A stretch of DNA of 64,000 nt from NCBI RefSeq assembly GCF_963921235.1, contig NC_086097.1:225000001-225064000 (forward strand), in the 5' to 3' direction. This DNA is from Mobula hypostoma (taxonomy: Eukaryota). Below are positions 36,941-49,377 of this stretch, in pieces. The first letter of the stretch is position 1; every line of letters starts with the position of its first letter. A program made the position numbers and the translations under genes. The notes under the pieces are model-generated. The model ran no database searches and was not told the DNA's origin. It saw only the letters and a list, made by a program, of their open reading frames with translations.

Positions 36941-37679
36941 AATCTATACCCCTCATTATTTTGTATATCACTATTTAATCCTCATTCTCATGCACTCTAA
37001 GCAATTAAGTACTAACCTCTTCAACCCTTCCCTATAACTCAGCTCCTTAAGTCCTGGCAACATCCTTGCAAATTTTCACTATACTCCTTTAATATTATTG
37101 AATCTTTTTAGTAGGTAGGTGACTAGAACTGCACTAAATACTCCAAATTAGTCCTCACCAACATCTTATCGAATTAAGTAGAAGGCAGCATCTGTTATAT
37201 TGCCATTGATTTTTTAAAATATTCTGTTACTTATTATATGTTACCCGACATTACAAAAACGTCTTATTTTAAGATAAATGCCAAATCTTGCCATTAGCTA
37301 GTACTAGAACCCTAAGAGAGATTAACCAAAGAATCATCACTTTAACCTAGCATTAAAATGAAAACAAAAAACAATTCTGGAATACTCAGCAGGTCTGACA
37401 GTATTTTTGGACAGGGAAACAGTCAACATTCAGTTCTGTGACTCTTAAGATTTTCCAGTACTTTTAATTTCAGTTTTCCAGCATCTGCAATGTTTTTTGG
37501 CTTTCTCATAAGCCTGAAGTTATCATTTTTAACTAATTCTGTAGTGAAGTACACTACCTAACATTATAAATATCAACTTGTTTCCTCTCGAAAGCAACTC
37601 TGTAATTCTCCACCCTAGGGAGTTGTGAAGGCTAATTCATTGGAAGTATTTAAAGTGGAATTATTTAAAAAAATGAAAT

Positions 37680-37759
37680 CAGGGTTTCCTAAATTTTTTT
37701 ATGCCATGGCCCCCTACCATTAACCAAGGGGCCCGTGTACTCCAGGTGGAGAACCCCTG
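37680..37759. mobile_element. ~80-bp hAT-like MITE, copy 3
   Basis: CAGGGTTTCC ... GAGAACCCCTG termini with the same internal sequence as copies 1 and 2. Confidence 0.75.
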
Positions 37760-37839
37760 GATCAAAGAATTAGATAAACATTTGAAAGTTCAGGTCTGGC
37801 ATAGGTAAGAGTTGAAGCCTGCTGTTGGTCAAGTTCCTC

Positions 37840-38025
37840 TCCGTGTCAATGTGGCGCATCGGGTGCCAACTTTGCCATTTCTTTAGTGAGTGTCCGTTTC
37901 ACAAGCCAAGTTGCCAGCTCAATGCTCAACCCAGCAGGAGTAGAACTCGTGCAAGGAACCAGCCAGATTCAAACTCGGGACCTCTCACTCCAAAGTCTGG
38001 TGCCGATCCCGCTACACCACCAGCA
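37840..38025 (-). mobile_element. tRNA-derived SINE
   Basis: The minus strand has a GGTGGTGTAGCGGGATCGGCACCAGACTT...GAGTTTGAATC head, homologous to the copy at 30538. Confidence 0.65.
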
Positions 38026-38295
38026 CAAATGCTGTAGATCAGCCATGATGATATTGAATGCCAGGGCAGGCTTGAGTAGCATTGTGGCCCTCTCTTGGTC
38101 TAATTTTCTGTATTCTCCATTTGGCTTGTTGGTCTAACGAGGAAGGGTGGGAGCAGGATACAGAAGTTCATAGTTTGGGACCTGGATTAAATAAGAGTAA
38201 TCACACTGTTTTTATCTACCGTGTCTATCTACCATATCTACCATTTAGCCTTTGATATTCCTCATTTTAACTCTTGTTCTTTCTTGTGAAATTAG

Positions 38296-38383
38296 GTGGC
38301 TTTATTGAGGGCACATGCAGGGGAACATCTGCTGCTTGGAGTGGCAAAACGATCTATGTCTTATAAGGATGTCCTACTGCTAG
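38296..38383 (+). CDS. HNF4G: HNF4 gamma coding exon: LBD helices 4-5
   Basis: ttag|GTG GCT ... CTA G|gtaaa, 88 bp. Translates [29 protein letters not shown]. Confidence 0.96.
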
Positions 38384-38504
38384 GTAAAACTTTTTTTAAG
38401 TTCATCTTTATTTCAGTTTGCATTTAGCAACATAAATATTTCATAGAATTGATGTCCAATAATTATCTTAATTATTCTTGTGCTGTACTGTTCTATGTTC
38501 TGTT

Positions 38505-38842
38505 GATCCATATCTTTTTCTCAGGATTGAAATGTTTAATATCAGAGGGCATCCATTTAAGGTGAGGGGGGTTAATTAAGGTGAGATGTGAGGAGCAAGT
38601 TTTCTGCACAGAGAGAGAGGTGGGTGCCTGGAATGTGCTGCCTGGGGTGGTGGTTGAGGCAGATACATTAGGGACTTTTAAGAGACATTTAGATAGACAC
38701 AAGAACATGAGTAAAAAGGAAGTATATGGACATTGTGTAGGCAGAAGGGATTAGTTTAGTTGGCCATTTGATTACGAATTTATTTGGTTCGACCCAACAT
38801 TGTGGGCTGAAGGGCCTGTTCCTGTGTTGTTCATGTTCTATA
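38505..38842 (+). mobile_element. CR1 LINE 3' fragment in the short HNF4G intron
   Basis: Decayed ORF2 C-terminus and the GGGCTGAAGGGCCTGT hairpin/tail. Confidence 0.8.
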
Positions 38843-38891
38843 AGCAATTCTTATCTAAATAAAAACTGACCACTCATGGTATTTTGAACAG

Positions 38892-39044
38892 GGAACGATT
38901 ATGCCATACATCGCAACAGTCCAGAAGTGGAAATTAGTCGTGTGGCAAATAGGATTTTGGATGAGTTGGTGCAGCCTTTTCAAGAAATCCAGATAGATGA
39001 CAATGAATATGCCTGCTTGAAAGCAATTGTTTTCTTCGATCCAG
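38892..39044 (+). CDS. HNF4G: HNF4 gamma coding exon: LBD helices 7-9
   Basis: acag|GG AAC ... CCA G|gtctg, 153 bp. Translates [51 protein letters not shown]. The [16 protein letters not shown] segment is gamma-like. Confidence 0.96.
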
Positions 39045-39363
39045 GTCTGTGCACATTTTTATGTCAAATAGAAAGTTTGGCATTGCATCATCATGACAAA
39101 GCATTCTGTATGTCTTGAGAAGAAGCAAGAATTGTTGGATCTTATCTGTTAAATTAGAGCTATCTGTTTTAAGAGCCAGAAGTCGGGATCTGAATTGCTT
39201 TACTGTCTTTTGGTAGTACAGCAAAGCATTATGTTCGCCTGCTGCATTTCATGAACCAAATCTCAGCTGTATAGTTCTCTCTGGACCTGCCATGCTTTTG
39301 CTTATCTGCTAGTAACAAATATGCTTGCACACATTGTTTCATCATCAATTACTTTTCCTTTAG

Positions 39364-39600
39364 ATGCAAAAGCACTAAACGACCCAACAAAAATCAAGAA
39401 CATGCGTTACCAAGTGCAAGTTAGCCTGGAGGATTATATTAATGATCGACAGTATGATTCCCGAGGACGATTTGGAGAGTTACTTCTGCTGTTGCCCACT
39501 CTTCAGAGTATAACCTGGCAAATGATTGAACAAATTCAATTTGTTAAACTCTTTGGACTAGCAAAGATTGACAACTTGCTCCAAGAAATGTTGCTGGGAG
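39364..39600 (+). CDS. HNF4G: HNF4 gamma coding exon: LBD helices 9-12 including AF-2
   Basis: ttag|AT GCA AAA ... GGA G|gtatgt, 237 bp. Translates [79 protein letters not shown]. Confidence 0.97.
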
Positions 39601-39899
39601 GTATGTGCAACTTATCAGTTGAAGATAATAGTACAAGCCTGTTTATTAGTCCTTTGTGAGCTTCAGCAGGTCCAGTGTTTTCTTTCTCTTGATTCCTTGG
39701 CTCAGTAAATTTGCTGGCATGTTCTCCTGGAACATCCTAATTGGCTGCATCTGATAGCTAGACACATGCGTGAAAGGAATCTTAGCAGTCAATGGGAAAA
39801 TCCGCAAAGCTCATCTAAAGTACCTTTTACTTCATTTAACATTCTCTTGTAAACTGAAGTAGAGAATACTGAGGAATGACTGAGTAAAGGTCTTTAAAA

Positions 39900-40525
39900 T
39901 AGGGTCGAATAGGGCCGTAAAGAAACCTTTTGGTACTTTGGCCTTCATAGGTCAATGTACTGAGTACAGAAGATGGGATGTTATGTTGAGGTTGTATTGG
40001 ACATTGGTGAGGCCTAATTTGGAGTGTTGGGTACAGTTTTGGTCAGCTACATACGGGAAAGATGTAAACAAGGTTGAAAGAGTGCAGAGAAAATTTACAA
40101 GCATGTTTCCAGGTCTGGATGACCTGAATTATAGAATAGGTTAGGACTGTATTCTTTAGAACATAGAAGACTGAGAGGAGATTTGATAGAAGTACACAGA
40201 ATTATGAAGGGTATAGATAGGGTAAATGCAAGCAAGCTTTTTTCCACTGAGGTTGGCTAGGACTACAACTAGAGATCATGACTCAAGGGTGAAAGATGAA
40301 AAGTTTAAGGGGAACATGAGGGGAAATTTCTTCACTCAGAGGGTAGTGAGAGTGTGGAATGAGCTGCCAGCACAAGTGGTGCATGCGAGCTTGATTTCAA
40401 TGTTTAAGGGGGGATATGGAGGGCTGTGGTGGATGGGATTAGGCAGTTTAAATTGTTTCGGCATGGACTAGATAGGCCAAAGGGCCTGGTTCAGTGCTGT
40501 ACTTCTATATGTGTCTGTGACTCTA
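39900..40525 (+). mobile_element. CR1 LINE 3' portion
   Basis: ORFs with LVRPNLECWVQFWS and FFTQRVVRVWNELP. Confidence 0.88.
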
Positions 40526-41072
40526 AATTAGGGATGGCTTTGATACAGCAGAGATAAAGGAGGAGTTTCCACCTGTGCAGCTGATGAAAATCCAATAATT
40601 ACTATGAGGTAGCTACCAAGAAATCAAAAAGAGAATTCACAACACTAAAGGCAAAAGTAATAAGGATGAATGGGAGAGGCAGTGTAGATCACTTGGGCTG
40701 ACTGATCTGTTCCTGTGATTTAAGTTTGACGTAATTCAACATGAATCAAGGGTGCTAACTGCATAGATTAGGGTTGCAATGATTGGCCAGAAAAATGGGT
40801 GTTCGGACTTCAAAGGTAATTCGTTGCTTTGAGCTACTTTTCTTCATTTGCCTACTTTTAAAATTAGTTTTCCCAGGGATGAGTGGTTTAAAGAATTATC
40901 CTCATGCTTTAACAATGCTCCTTTCTATTCCTCCTCCAGTTTTAGTTTAGGTTGACTTTCTTCCTGATACTTCCTTTCTTGAAATGAAGCACCTAGAAGA
41001 TGCTAAAAGTAGGGTTCTGCAGGGATCAGATTTAGGGCCAATGCTGTTTTTAATTTACATTAATGATTTGGA

Positions 41073-43402
41073 CACATCCTGACACCTTCACTGTCATTTT
41101 GGGAGATTTTAACCAGGAGCCTGAAAAAGTCACTGAATAACTACCATCAACAAATCACTTGTAGTACCAGAGGAAACAACACACTGGACCACTGATACAC
41201 CACCATCAAGAATGCCTTCTGTGTTATTCCATGCCCTCACTTCAGAAAATCTGGTCATCTGGCTGTACTTCTACTCCCTGAGTGTAGGTAGAGACTGAAG
41301 ACTGCAGCATCAGTAGTGAGGGCCAAGAAGGTATGGACAAGGAAACACAGGAATGCTTACAGGACTGCTTTGAATCGGTGGACTGGACTGTATTCAGGGA
41401 TTTATCTTCAAATCTAGATGAGTATGCTGCAGTTGTTACTGGCTTCATTAAAATCTATGTGGTTCAGTGTGTGCCTACGAAACCTTGCTGTACATTCCCA
41501 AACCAAATGCCTTTGGTGAACCAGAGTTACATCATCTGCTGAGGGCTAGTTCTGTGGCATTTAAGTTTAGTAACCCAGTTCTATACAAGAAAAGCGGGTA
41601 TGACTTGTGGAGGGTTATCTCAAGAGCGAAGAGACAATTCTGAGCAAAGTTGGAGGCGTCATTGGATGTACGACAACTCTGGCAGGGTTTGCAAGACATT
41701 ACTTCCTACAAAGTGAAACCCAAAAGCATGAATGGCAGCGATGCTTCACTACCAGATAAGGTCAACGCCTGCTCTGCCTGTTTTGAAAGGGAGAATATAA
41801 CTACAGCTGTGAAGATTCCTGCCGCATCTGGTGACCCTGTGATCTCTGTCTTGAAGCCCGATGTTAAGTTGTTTTTTTGGAGGGTGAATAATCGCAAGGC
41901 AGCAGGCCCCAATGGAGTACTTGGCAAGGCTCTGAAAACCTGTGCCAACCAACTGGTGGGAGTATTCAAGGACATTTTCAACCTCTCACTGCTACAGTCA
42001 GAAGTTCCCACTTGCTTCAAAAAGGCAACAATTATACCAGTGCTGAAGAAGAGTAGTGTGAACTGTCTTAATGACTATCGCCCGGAAGCACTCACATCTA
42101 CGGTGATAAGATGCTTTGAGAGGTTGGTCATGACTAGAAGGAGCTCCTTCCAGTAAGGACCTGGATCCACTGCAATTTGCCTATCGCCACAATAGGTCAA
42201 TGGCAGATGCAATCTCAATGGCTCTGCACACAGCCTTTGATCACCTGGACAACACAAACACCTATGTCTGGATGCTGTTCATTGACTATAGCTCAGCGTT
42301 TAACACCATCATTCCCACAGTCCTGATCGATAAGCTACAGAACTGGGTCTCTGTACCTCCCTCTACAATTGGATCCTCGACTTCCTAACCAGATGACCAC
42401 AATCTCTGCAGATTGGTGATAATATCTCCTCCTCACTGGTGATCAACACCAGCATACCTTGGGGGGTTGTGCTTAGCCCACTGCTCTGTTCCCTCTTTAC
42501 CCTGGACTGTGTGGGTCAAATACCATCTATAAATTTGCTGACAATACAACTATTGTTGGTAGAATCTCAGATGGAGATGAGAGGGCGTACAGGAGTGAGA
42601 TATACCAACTAGTGGAGTGGAGTTGCAGCAACAACCTGGCACTGAATGTCAGTAAGACAAAGAGTTGATTGTGGACTTCAGGAAGGGCAAGAGGAAGGAA
42701 CAAGAGCTAATCCTCAAAGAGGGGTCAGAAGTGCAGAGAGTGAGCAATTTTAAGTTCCTGGGTGTCAAGATCTCTGAGGATCTCTAGTCTGATCCCAACA
42801 TATCAATGCAGCTATAAAGAAGACTATATTTCATTAGGAGTTTGACAAAATTTGGTTTGTCAACCACATGAATACATTCTGACAGGCTGCATCACCGTCT
42901 GGTATGGGGGCATGGGGGTGATGCAACTGCACAGGATCGAAGGAAGCTACAGAAAGATGTAAAATTAGTAGCTTCATCTTGGGTACTAGCCTACGTAGTA
43001 CTCAAGACATCTTCAAGGAGCGGTGTCTCATAAAAGCAGTGTCAACATCGATTATTAAGGACCTCCATTATGCAGGACATGCCCTCTTCTCATTGTTACC
43101 ATCAGGAAGGATGTACAGAAGCCTGAAGGCATACACTCAGCTATTCATGAGTACCTTCTTCCCCTCCGCTATACAATTCCTAAATGGACATTGACCCCAT
43201 GAACACTACCACGCTTATTTTTTATATATATTATTTCTGTTTATGCACTATTTTAATTTATTCAATATACAGTATATATTTATTTTAGTTGATTTATTTA
43301 CTTTTTTCTTTCTGTCTTATCATGTATTACATTGAACTGCTGCTGCTGTGTTAACAAATTTCATGACACATGCCGGTAATAATAAACCTGATTCTGGTTC
43401 TA
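41073..43402 (+). mobile_element. Rex-Babar-like LINE (endonuclease end + RT), disrupted, inserted in an older CR1 (about 40980-41072 plus 43405-44580)
   Basis: Motifs ILGDFN, KAAGPNG, CLNDYRP, CFERLV and [12 protein letters not shown]; tail AATAAACCTGATTCTG. Confidence 0.9.
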
Positions 43403-43934
43403 ATAAATAAACTAGTAAAGTTTACCAATGACACAAAAATAGGGGCCAGGCTGATAACATTCAGGCTGCAGGATCAATACAATTAGATCTAAATAAAATC
43501 CTGATGTGGGCAGATAAGTGGAAGATGAAATTTAATGTAAGTAAATGTAAAGTATTACATATAGGGAGCAGAAATTTTAGATATAAATATGCAGTGGGTG
43601 TCTTGAGTCAGAAAGTGCACTGTATGAAAAGGATCTGGTAGACATCACTATCATCATCTAGACAACACCCTGAAGCGATTAGGAAGGGTAATAGAATGTT
43701 GGGCTATGCAATGTGCTCAGTGGTGCTCGCATCAAGAGACGTTCTCCTAAAGCTGTATAATGCACCTGTGAGGCCACACCTTTAGTACTGTGTGTACAAT
43801 TTTGGCCTCCACATTGTGTGAAGGATGGGAAGGCACTGGAGAGAGTCCAAAGAAGGGTGACTAGACTCATTCCAGATCTGCAGGGGATGAGCTATGAAGA
43901 AAGATTGAAAGAATTATATATTTTTAGCCTAAGT

Positions 43935-44231
43935 CCGTGACCAAGTGGTTATGGCATTCGTCTAGTGATCTGAAGGTCGCTAGTTCGAGCCTTGGTTAAG
44001 GCAGCATGTGTGTCCTTGAGCAAGGCACTTAACCACACATTGCTCTGCGACGACACCGGTGCCAACCTGTATGGGTCCTAATGCCCTTCCCTTGGACAAC
44101 CTTGGTGGCGTGGAGAGGGGAGACTTGCAGCATGGGCAACTGCCAGTCTTCCTTACAACCTTGCCCAGGCCTGCGCCCTGGAAACTTGCCAAGGCGCAAA
44201 TCCATGGTTTCATGAGACTAACGGATGCCTA
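43935..44231 (+). mobile_element. tRNA-derived CORE-like SINE inserted in CR1
   Basis: A/B-box-like GTGACCAAGTGG and AGTTCGAGCC; CORE-like TGTGTCCTTGAGCAAGGCACTTAACC. TAAGT flanks it on both sides. Confidence 0.75.
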
Positions 44232-45210
44232 TAAGTGGATGTAGAAAGAGAGGAGGCATGGCAATGTTCAAAATCATTCAGGTTGTAATTAAAGTGGATG
44301 CCAACTGCTACTTCAAAATTAATCCATCATCAAGGACACGGGGGCATCGGTAGAGACTGGTTAAGTGGAGATTTCAGACTAACATCAGGAAGAATTTCTT
44401 TACACAGTGAGTTGTGGACACATGGAACAAACTACCTAGCTGTGTAGTTTAGAATAGTACCTTTAAGACTTTCAAACCTAAACTTGATTGTTATTTCAAC
44501 ACACTATGTGAGTAGGAATTTGGCAAGCTTTGTTGGGCCAAATGGCCTGTTCTTGTCAAAATCATTCTACTGTTCTAATCTTCAGTACATACCTTAAATT
44601 GGAACTCATGAAATAGAAACTTTAAGAAGTTCTTCTCTCTCTGATGCATCGTGTAAATATTGGTGCACCAATGAAACAGGTCCAGATGCTGATATTTCAA
44701 CAAGTCAATGGTCTATATGACCCATTAACCTTAGCAACTCTAGTGAAAACTCTGCAGATTCTCTTCACTGCATCTTCATTTCCTTGTTGACTTCTAAACA
44801 GATTTATACCATATCCATGACTTCTACATGCCTTCAATATTGAGCTAGCCAAAATCATTATTTCTGACTGTGGACTCATTAGGATATGCATTACTTTCTT
44901 ACTTTTATACTTTAAATGCCTTTGGTACTAAGTTGAGTATTTATTGTCAATGGACGGACCTACTTGTACAGTATCTGCATGCCAAGACCCCTTCATTCCA
45001 GTTAAACTTTTATTATAGAACTTGTACAGTGTTTGAATCTTTTGTAATGGAGGGGTAAATAGCTTTTTGTTACTAAGGGGGTTAAAAGTTATTGTGGTCA
45101 TACTGGAATGTAGCTTTATAGTTATAATCAAATCAGCCATGATGTTATCTAATGGTGGAGCAGTTTCAAGGCCCAATGGCTTATTCCTGCTGCTAATGAC
45201 CACATATATA

Positions 45211-45282
45211 CAACACTGTGAAAAAGTCTTATGCACATATACAATACATAGCTAGGGTTCCTCAGACTTTTGCACAGTATTG
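45211..45282. mobile_element. Tiny Tc1-type MITE
   Basis: TA|CAACACTGTGAAAAAGTCT ... AGACTTTTGCACAGTATTG|TA inverted termini with TA flanks. Confidence 0.7.
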
Positions 45283-45523
45283 TAATAATTTTATGTATTA
45301 CACTGTACTGCCACAAAAAAAAAAGCAAATTTCATGTCATATGTGATTGATGATAAACCTGATTCTGATACGGGTCTCTATTGTGGACTGAAAGTGGGAA
45401 GGAGGCAGGGAGCGGGGAATCATGGTTGGGAAAGGGGGAAGGGAGAGGTGAGGAAGAGGGAAACGTCAGAGACATATTCTGTAATGATCAACAAACCAAT
45501 TGTTTAGAATCAAATTACCTTGC

Positions 45524-46120
45524 CAGACATCCCACCCTGCAAAAACGCATTTCAGGGAGGTAGCACCATCAATTTGCAGGAGACTTCCGGGAGAGGTGGG
45601 ATGTCTGCAATAGAGTAGCTCCTTAGCAGCTAGCCAGCTAGTTTAAATAACTTTAGCTATGGTAATGAACAAATGACACCTGTTAAACTCACCTCAACAC
45701 ATCTTTTACAGTCTTAACCCACCATGAGCAATAGAACAGTCACTGTTGCAAACAGTGCAGTGAGCAACACTGTCATTTTTTTTGAGCCCTATTAAGCAGG
45801 GGTACACTTTAGTGTAGTCTGGGATGACATATGTTTTATATTTTTTTTGGAACACTCTGCCATGGCGTGCTCTCGCTCTCTCTCTCGTGGTCGCTCGCGC
45901 TCTCAAGTGCTCTCGCTTTCTGTCTCGCTTGCTTGCTCTCGCTCTCGCTCTCTCTCTCACGCGCACGCTCTCGTGGTCGCTCTCGCGCTCTGTCTTGCTT
46001 TCTCTCGCTGGCTCTCAAAAAAATTGATTTCCGTGATATTGTGTATAATTTGCGGGCGTCAGGGAGCCACTATTAATATGCGGGAGACTCCCGGAACTTC
46101 CGGGAGAGGTGGGATGTCTG
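45524..46120 (-). mobile_element. Non-autonomous TIR DNA transposon (hAT-like) with a 6-bp TSD
   Basis: Perfect 13-bp TIR CAGACATCCCACC/GGTGGGATGTCTG and CCTTGC duplicated at 45518-45523 and 46121-46126. Contains a BED-finger-like remnant AHCTVCNSDCSIAHGG and an internal CT/CTCG microsatellite. Confidence 0.85.
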
Positions 46121-46596
46121 CCTTGCCTAGTGATTCTGGGGTAGGTGTGTCTGCACCTGCACTACCCGTTGCCCCGGCACTCCTTCTCTGCTACCTATCT
46201 CAAACTCCTGCTGGTGCTCCACCCTTGCCGTTCCCAACATCCTTTGATATCACCAAATTTAGAAACTCACTCTTCTCTTCACGTTGACAAATATAGAACT
46301 GTGCAAGTGTATGCGCTTCGACCAATGTTTAAAGGCCCTTAGCAGTTTTAATGAATGTTATGTTTACAAAGGTATGCTGGTATGTGTAGAATGATAGTAA
46401 AATGTCTGAAACTTAGGCAGAATCATTATGACTCATTTGGCAATTTAAAAGATATCCAGCATATTTTTCCAGAATGGAATCATTTGTGCGTCCTGCAATA
46501 ATTTGGATCTTTGAATGTTATTTCTGGACTATGCATTAAGTGTTACAGTGCTTACCACATATTTTAAGATATTCTTTCATTTATTCTCCTTGGCAG

Positions 46597-46719
46597 GCAC
46601 AACCAATGATCCAAATCACCTCCATCATCCTTTAAACCCTCATGTGGCCCAGGATCCAGTAACAGGCCAAACCATTTTAATCAGTTCAATACCTGCGACA
46701 AGTCATAGTGAACAGATGT
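46597..46719 (+). CDS. HNF4G: HNF4 gamma coding exon: F domain, first part
   Basis: gcag|GC ACA ACC ... ATG T|gtatgt, 123 bp. Translates GTTNDPNHLHHPLNPHVAQDPVTGQTILISSIPATSHSEQM. The HLHHP..PH..QDP.TGQTIL pattern is characteristic of HNF4G. Confidence 0.93.
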
Positions 46720-46847
46720 GTATGTATTTTCCTCTCATTTTGACATTAACAATTGGTTGTGTATTTTGAATGCTCTAAAACTCTTATCAAAGCATTGCCA
46801 TCCTCAATAATAGCAATGCAGTAATAATAATGATTATATTAACATAA

Positions 46848-46990
46848 ACCTGAGAAATTCTGCAGATGCTGGAAATCCAAAGCAACACATACAAAATGCC
46901 TGAGTGCTGGAGGTACTCAGCAGGTCAGGCAGCATCTATAGAAATGAAGCACAGTTGATGTTTCAGGCCGAGACCTTTCTTCAGGACTGA
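46848..46990 (-). mobile_element. Penelope pLTR-derived short repeat with hammerhead core
   Basis: Minus strand reads CAGTC-CTGAAGA-AAGGTCTCGGCCT-GAAA-CATC-AACTG, followed by the pLTR module. Confidence 0.8.
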
Positions 46991-47265
46991 TATAATCCCT
47001 TAAAGAGAACGATGGCCTGTGAAGTGCCAGAAAACTGCAGATGTTGGATGTCTGAAATAAAACCTAACAATTCTGGAGATCCAAAATAGGTCAGGCAGAA
47101 AGAGAAATGGGGGTAATATTCCAGGCTGATGCTTCTTCATCAGAATTGGAATAGTAAGAAAGCAGGCATGTTTTAAGTTGCAGTAAGGTGGACGGTTGAT
47201 GGAATATCCATGATAGGGTTGAGACCTGGATTGTATTAGTGGGAAGATAGGGATTCAGGTTATCA

Positions 47266-47946
47266 AGATTATGAGAACACTCAGTCCTCTTTTATTGTCA
47301 CTTAGAAATGCATACATGCATTAAGAAATGATACAATGTTTCTCCGGAGTGATACCACAGAAAACAGGACAAACCAAAGACTAACACTGACAGAACCACA
47401 TAATTATAACATATGGTTACAGCAGTGCAAAGCAATACAATAATTTGATGAAGAACAAACCATAGGCGCGGTTAAAAAAAAAAGTCTCAAAGTCCCCGAA
47501 TCGTTCGACTCCCAAGTCCCCGAAAGCAGGCGGCAAAAGGGAGAAACTCCCTGCCATAAACCTCCAGGCACCGTCAACTTGCTGATGCCTTGGAAGCAGC
47601 TGACCACAGCCGACACTGAGTCCGTCCATCTGAAAACTTCGAGCCCCCGACCAGCCCCTCCGATACAGCCTCCCGAGCATCATCCTCTGCCGAGCACCTT
47701 CGACCTAGCCCCGGCCGCTGAAACAAGCAAAGCCGAGGATTAGGCCTTCTGCTCCGGAGATTCCGTTTACCACACAGTAGCAGCGGTAGCGAAGAGGGCA
47801 TTTCAGAAGTTTTCCAGATGTTCCTCCATACTCTCACGTCTGTCTCCATCAAATCAGAATTGTGCACGGTCCCCTACTTGACAGATTACAGATATCATTC
47901 ACCAGAGAGGCCGCGTGCGCTGCCGTGACGCCACCATCTTCTTCTC
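47266..47946 (-). mobile_element. ~680-bp non-autonomous retroelement, copy 2
   Basis: Colinear with 32933-33596. Confidence 0.8.
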
Positions 47947-49252
47947 ATTAAGTTAACATTTCATTTGAAAGACAGATGTTCCAAGAGTGCAAGTTCCTCA
48001 ACACAGATCTAGTATCTGTAGAATATCTTGTGTTTATGTGCTATTAGCCTAGTCTTTGTGGTTGTTACCCTGGACAGAACTTAGAGAGACAAGGGCACTT
48101 TGATGATTGGAGGTACATAACAAAGAAATTCTAGTGAGTAACTGTAAAACCCCATTTTATTTCATTGGTAGCTTGAGCTTAGTTTGGTCTTGCAGGTGAT
48201 GCTCCTGGAAGAAAGGGGGATATCCTCTGATATCCTGAGCAGACCTCACCTTTTCAGTCAGTGTTTGTATGGTTATTGGTTTTATTGTTTTTGCTGTGAA
48301 CAAAATGGCTGCCATTTTCCCCACTACAGCAGAGGGTTTACTTCAACAGCTTCTAGATGTCCTGTGGTCATAAAAAAAATAGCATATCAATGCAGGTCCA
48401 TTGTTTTTTTCCTTTTAATTTCCTTTATGGGACAGATGAAACAGGATGGAAACCCGAGCGCAGAGTGATCCTTAATATACCAGAGGAATGACATCTTTGC
48501 AAGATTTTTGTTTCTGAAGTAAACGACATAACATTAGTTTATATTTCTTGCTATTCCTTGCAGTGAGCTCTGTGCACAGTTCATGCAGGACAGCAAAGGT
48601 GACAAACAATGGTGGTGATGGTGTCAAAATAGCAAGTGCATCAAGATCTTGTAGTCAGGTATAATTAGCTTCATTTTATTAACAGTTTGGGAAATACCCA
48701 TAAATAAATGCATCATTTTGAGTTTAGATTTTAACTGATTTCTCAACCTGAGACTAGAGTAATAGATAGATTTTCCATTAAAAAGCCTGTGCTCATTTAA
48801 TTCCATTTTGTATCTGATTGGCAGGTGGAAGATCAGATCCATTATCATTTCTCCCTTCATTGGAAGCTCACATTAGTGCATATCATCCATATGAATCCTC
48901 TTTTGCCCCATATTTTCTGCACTCTGTTGTGAGGAGAAGTCAGAAGCAGGGAAATGGCTTGGCAGGCTTTCATCATTAGAATTTAATTGGTTTTGTATAT
49001 TGATTGAGCAATCCTGAAGAGTGCCATTCATAGTAAGCTAAGAATACTAGGGTCATTCAGCACACTTGGGTGTTTGGTGTGTCTTGGTTGCAAGGGGAAC
49101 CTATCACAGTCCTTGCATATAACCTGTTACAGTTCAGTTTGTGAAAAATATTAGAATCAGTATTATTAACTCTTGTGTAGTCAGGTTTAGTATTTGTCTT
49201 TAAAAACATTATTGTAACATCAGCTTTATATTTTGTGTGCACTTCTCTGCAG

Positions 49253-49377
49253 CTACACCGGAAACACCGCTACCATCTCCTCCACAAGGTTCGGGTCAAG
49301 AACAATACAAGCTTGCTTCAAACCAGATTTCCATTATTTCTCAGCAAGGGCCATTGCCCAAGCCAAAGGGTTTGTGA
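49253..49377 (+). CDS. HNF4G: HNF4 gamma last coding exon (F domain end and TGA stop)
   Basis: gcag|CT ACA CCG GAA ... TTG TGA. Translates STPETPLPSPPQGSGQEQYKLASNQISIISQQGPLPKPKGL*, closely resembling the HNF4G C-terminus. Confidence 0.94.

Noticed and set aside
45706..46287. Arg/Glu- and Ser/Leu-rich ORFs
   Set aside because: These are translations of the CT/CTCG microsatellite inside a DNA transposon.
46720..46755. HNF4A-alpha2-like extension of the F-domain exon
   Set aside because: There is no GT at +30. The in-frame GT at +36 (G|gttgtg) is a poor donor.
4896..46990. Selection against sense-strand active ribozymes in HNF4G introns
   Set aside because: Sense copies are decayed, but so are antisense ones. 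The changes are at CpG sites and the sample is too small.
8279..49377. Assignment as HNF4A or HNF4B
   Set aside because: The F domain (HLHHP...QDPVTGQTIL, STPETPLPSPPQGSGQEQYK) and the 153-bp LBD exon fit HNF4G better. A phylogeny or synteny check would settle it.
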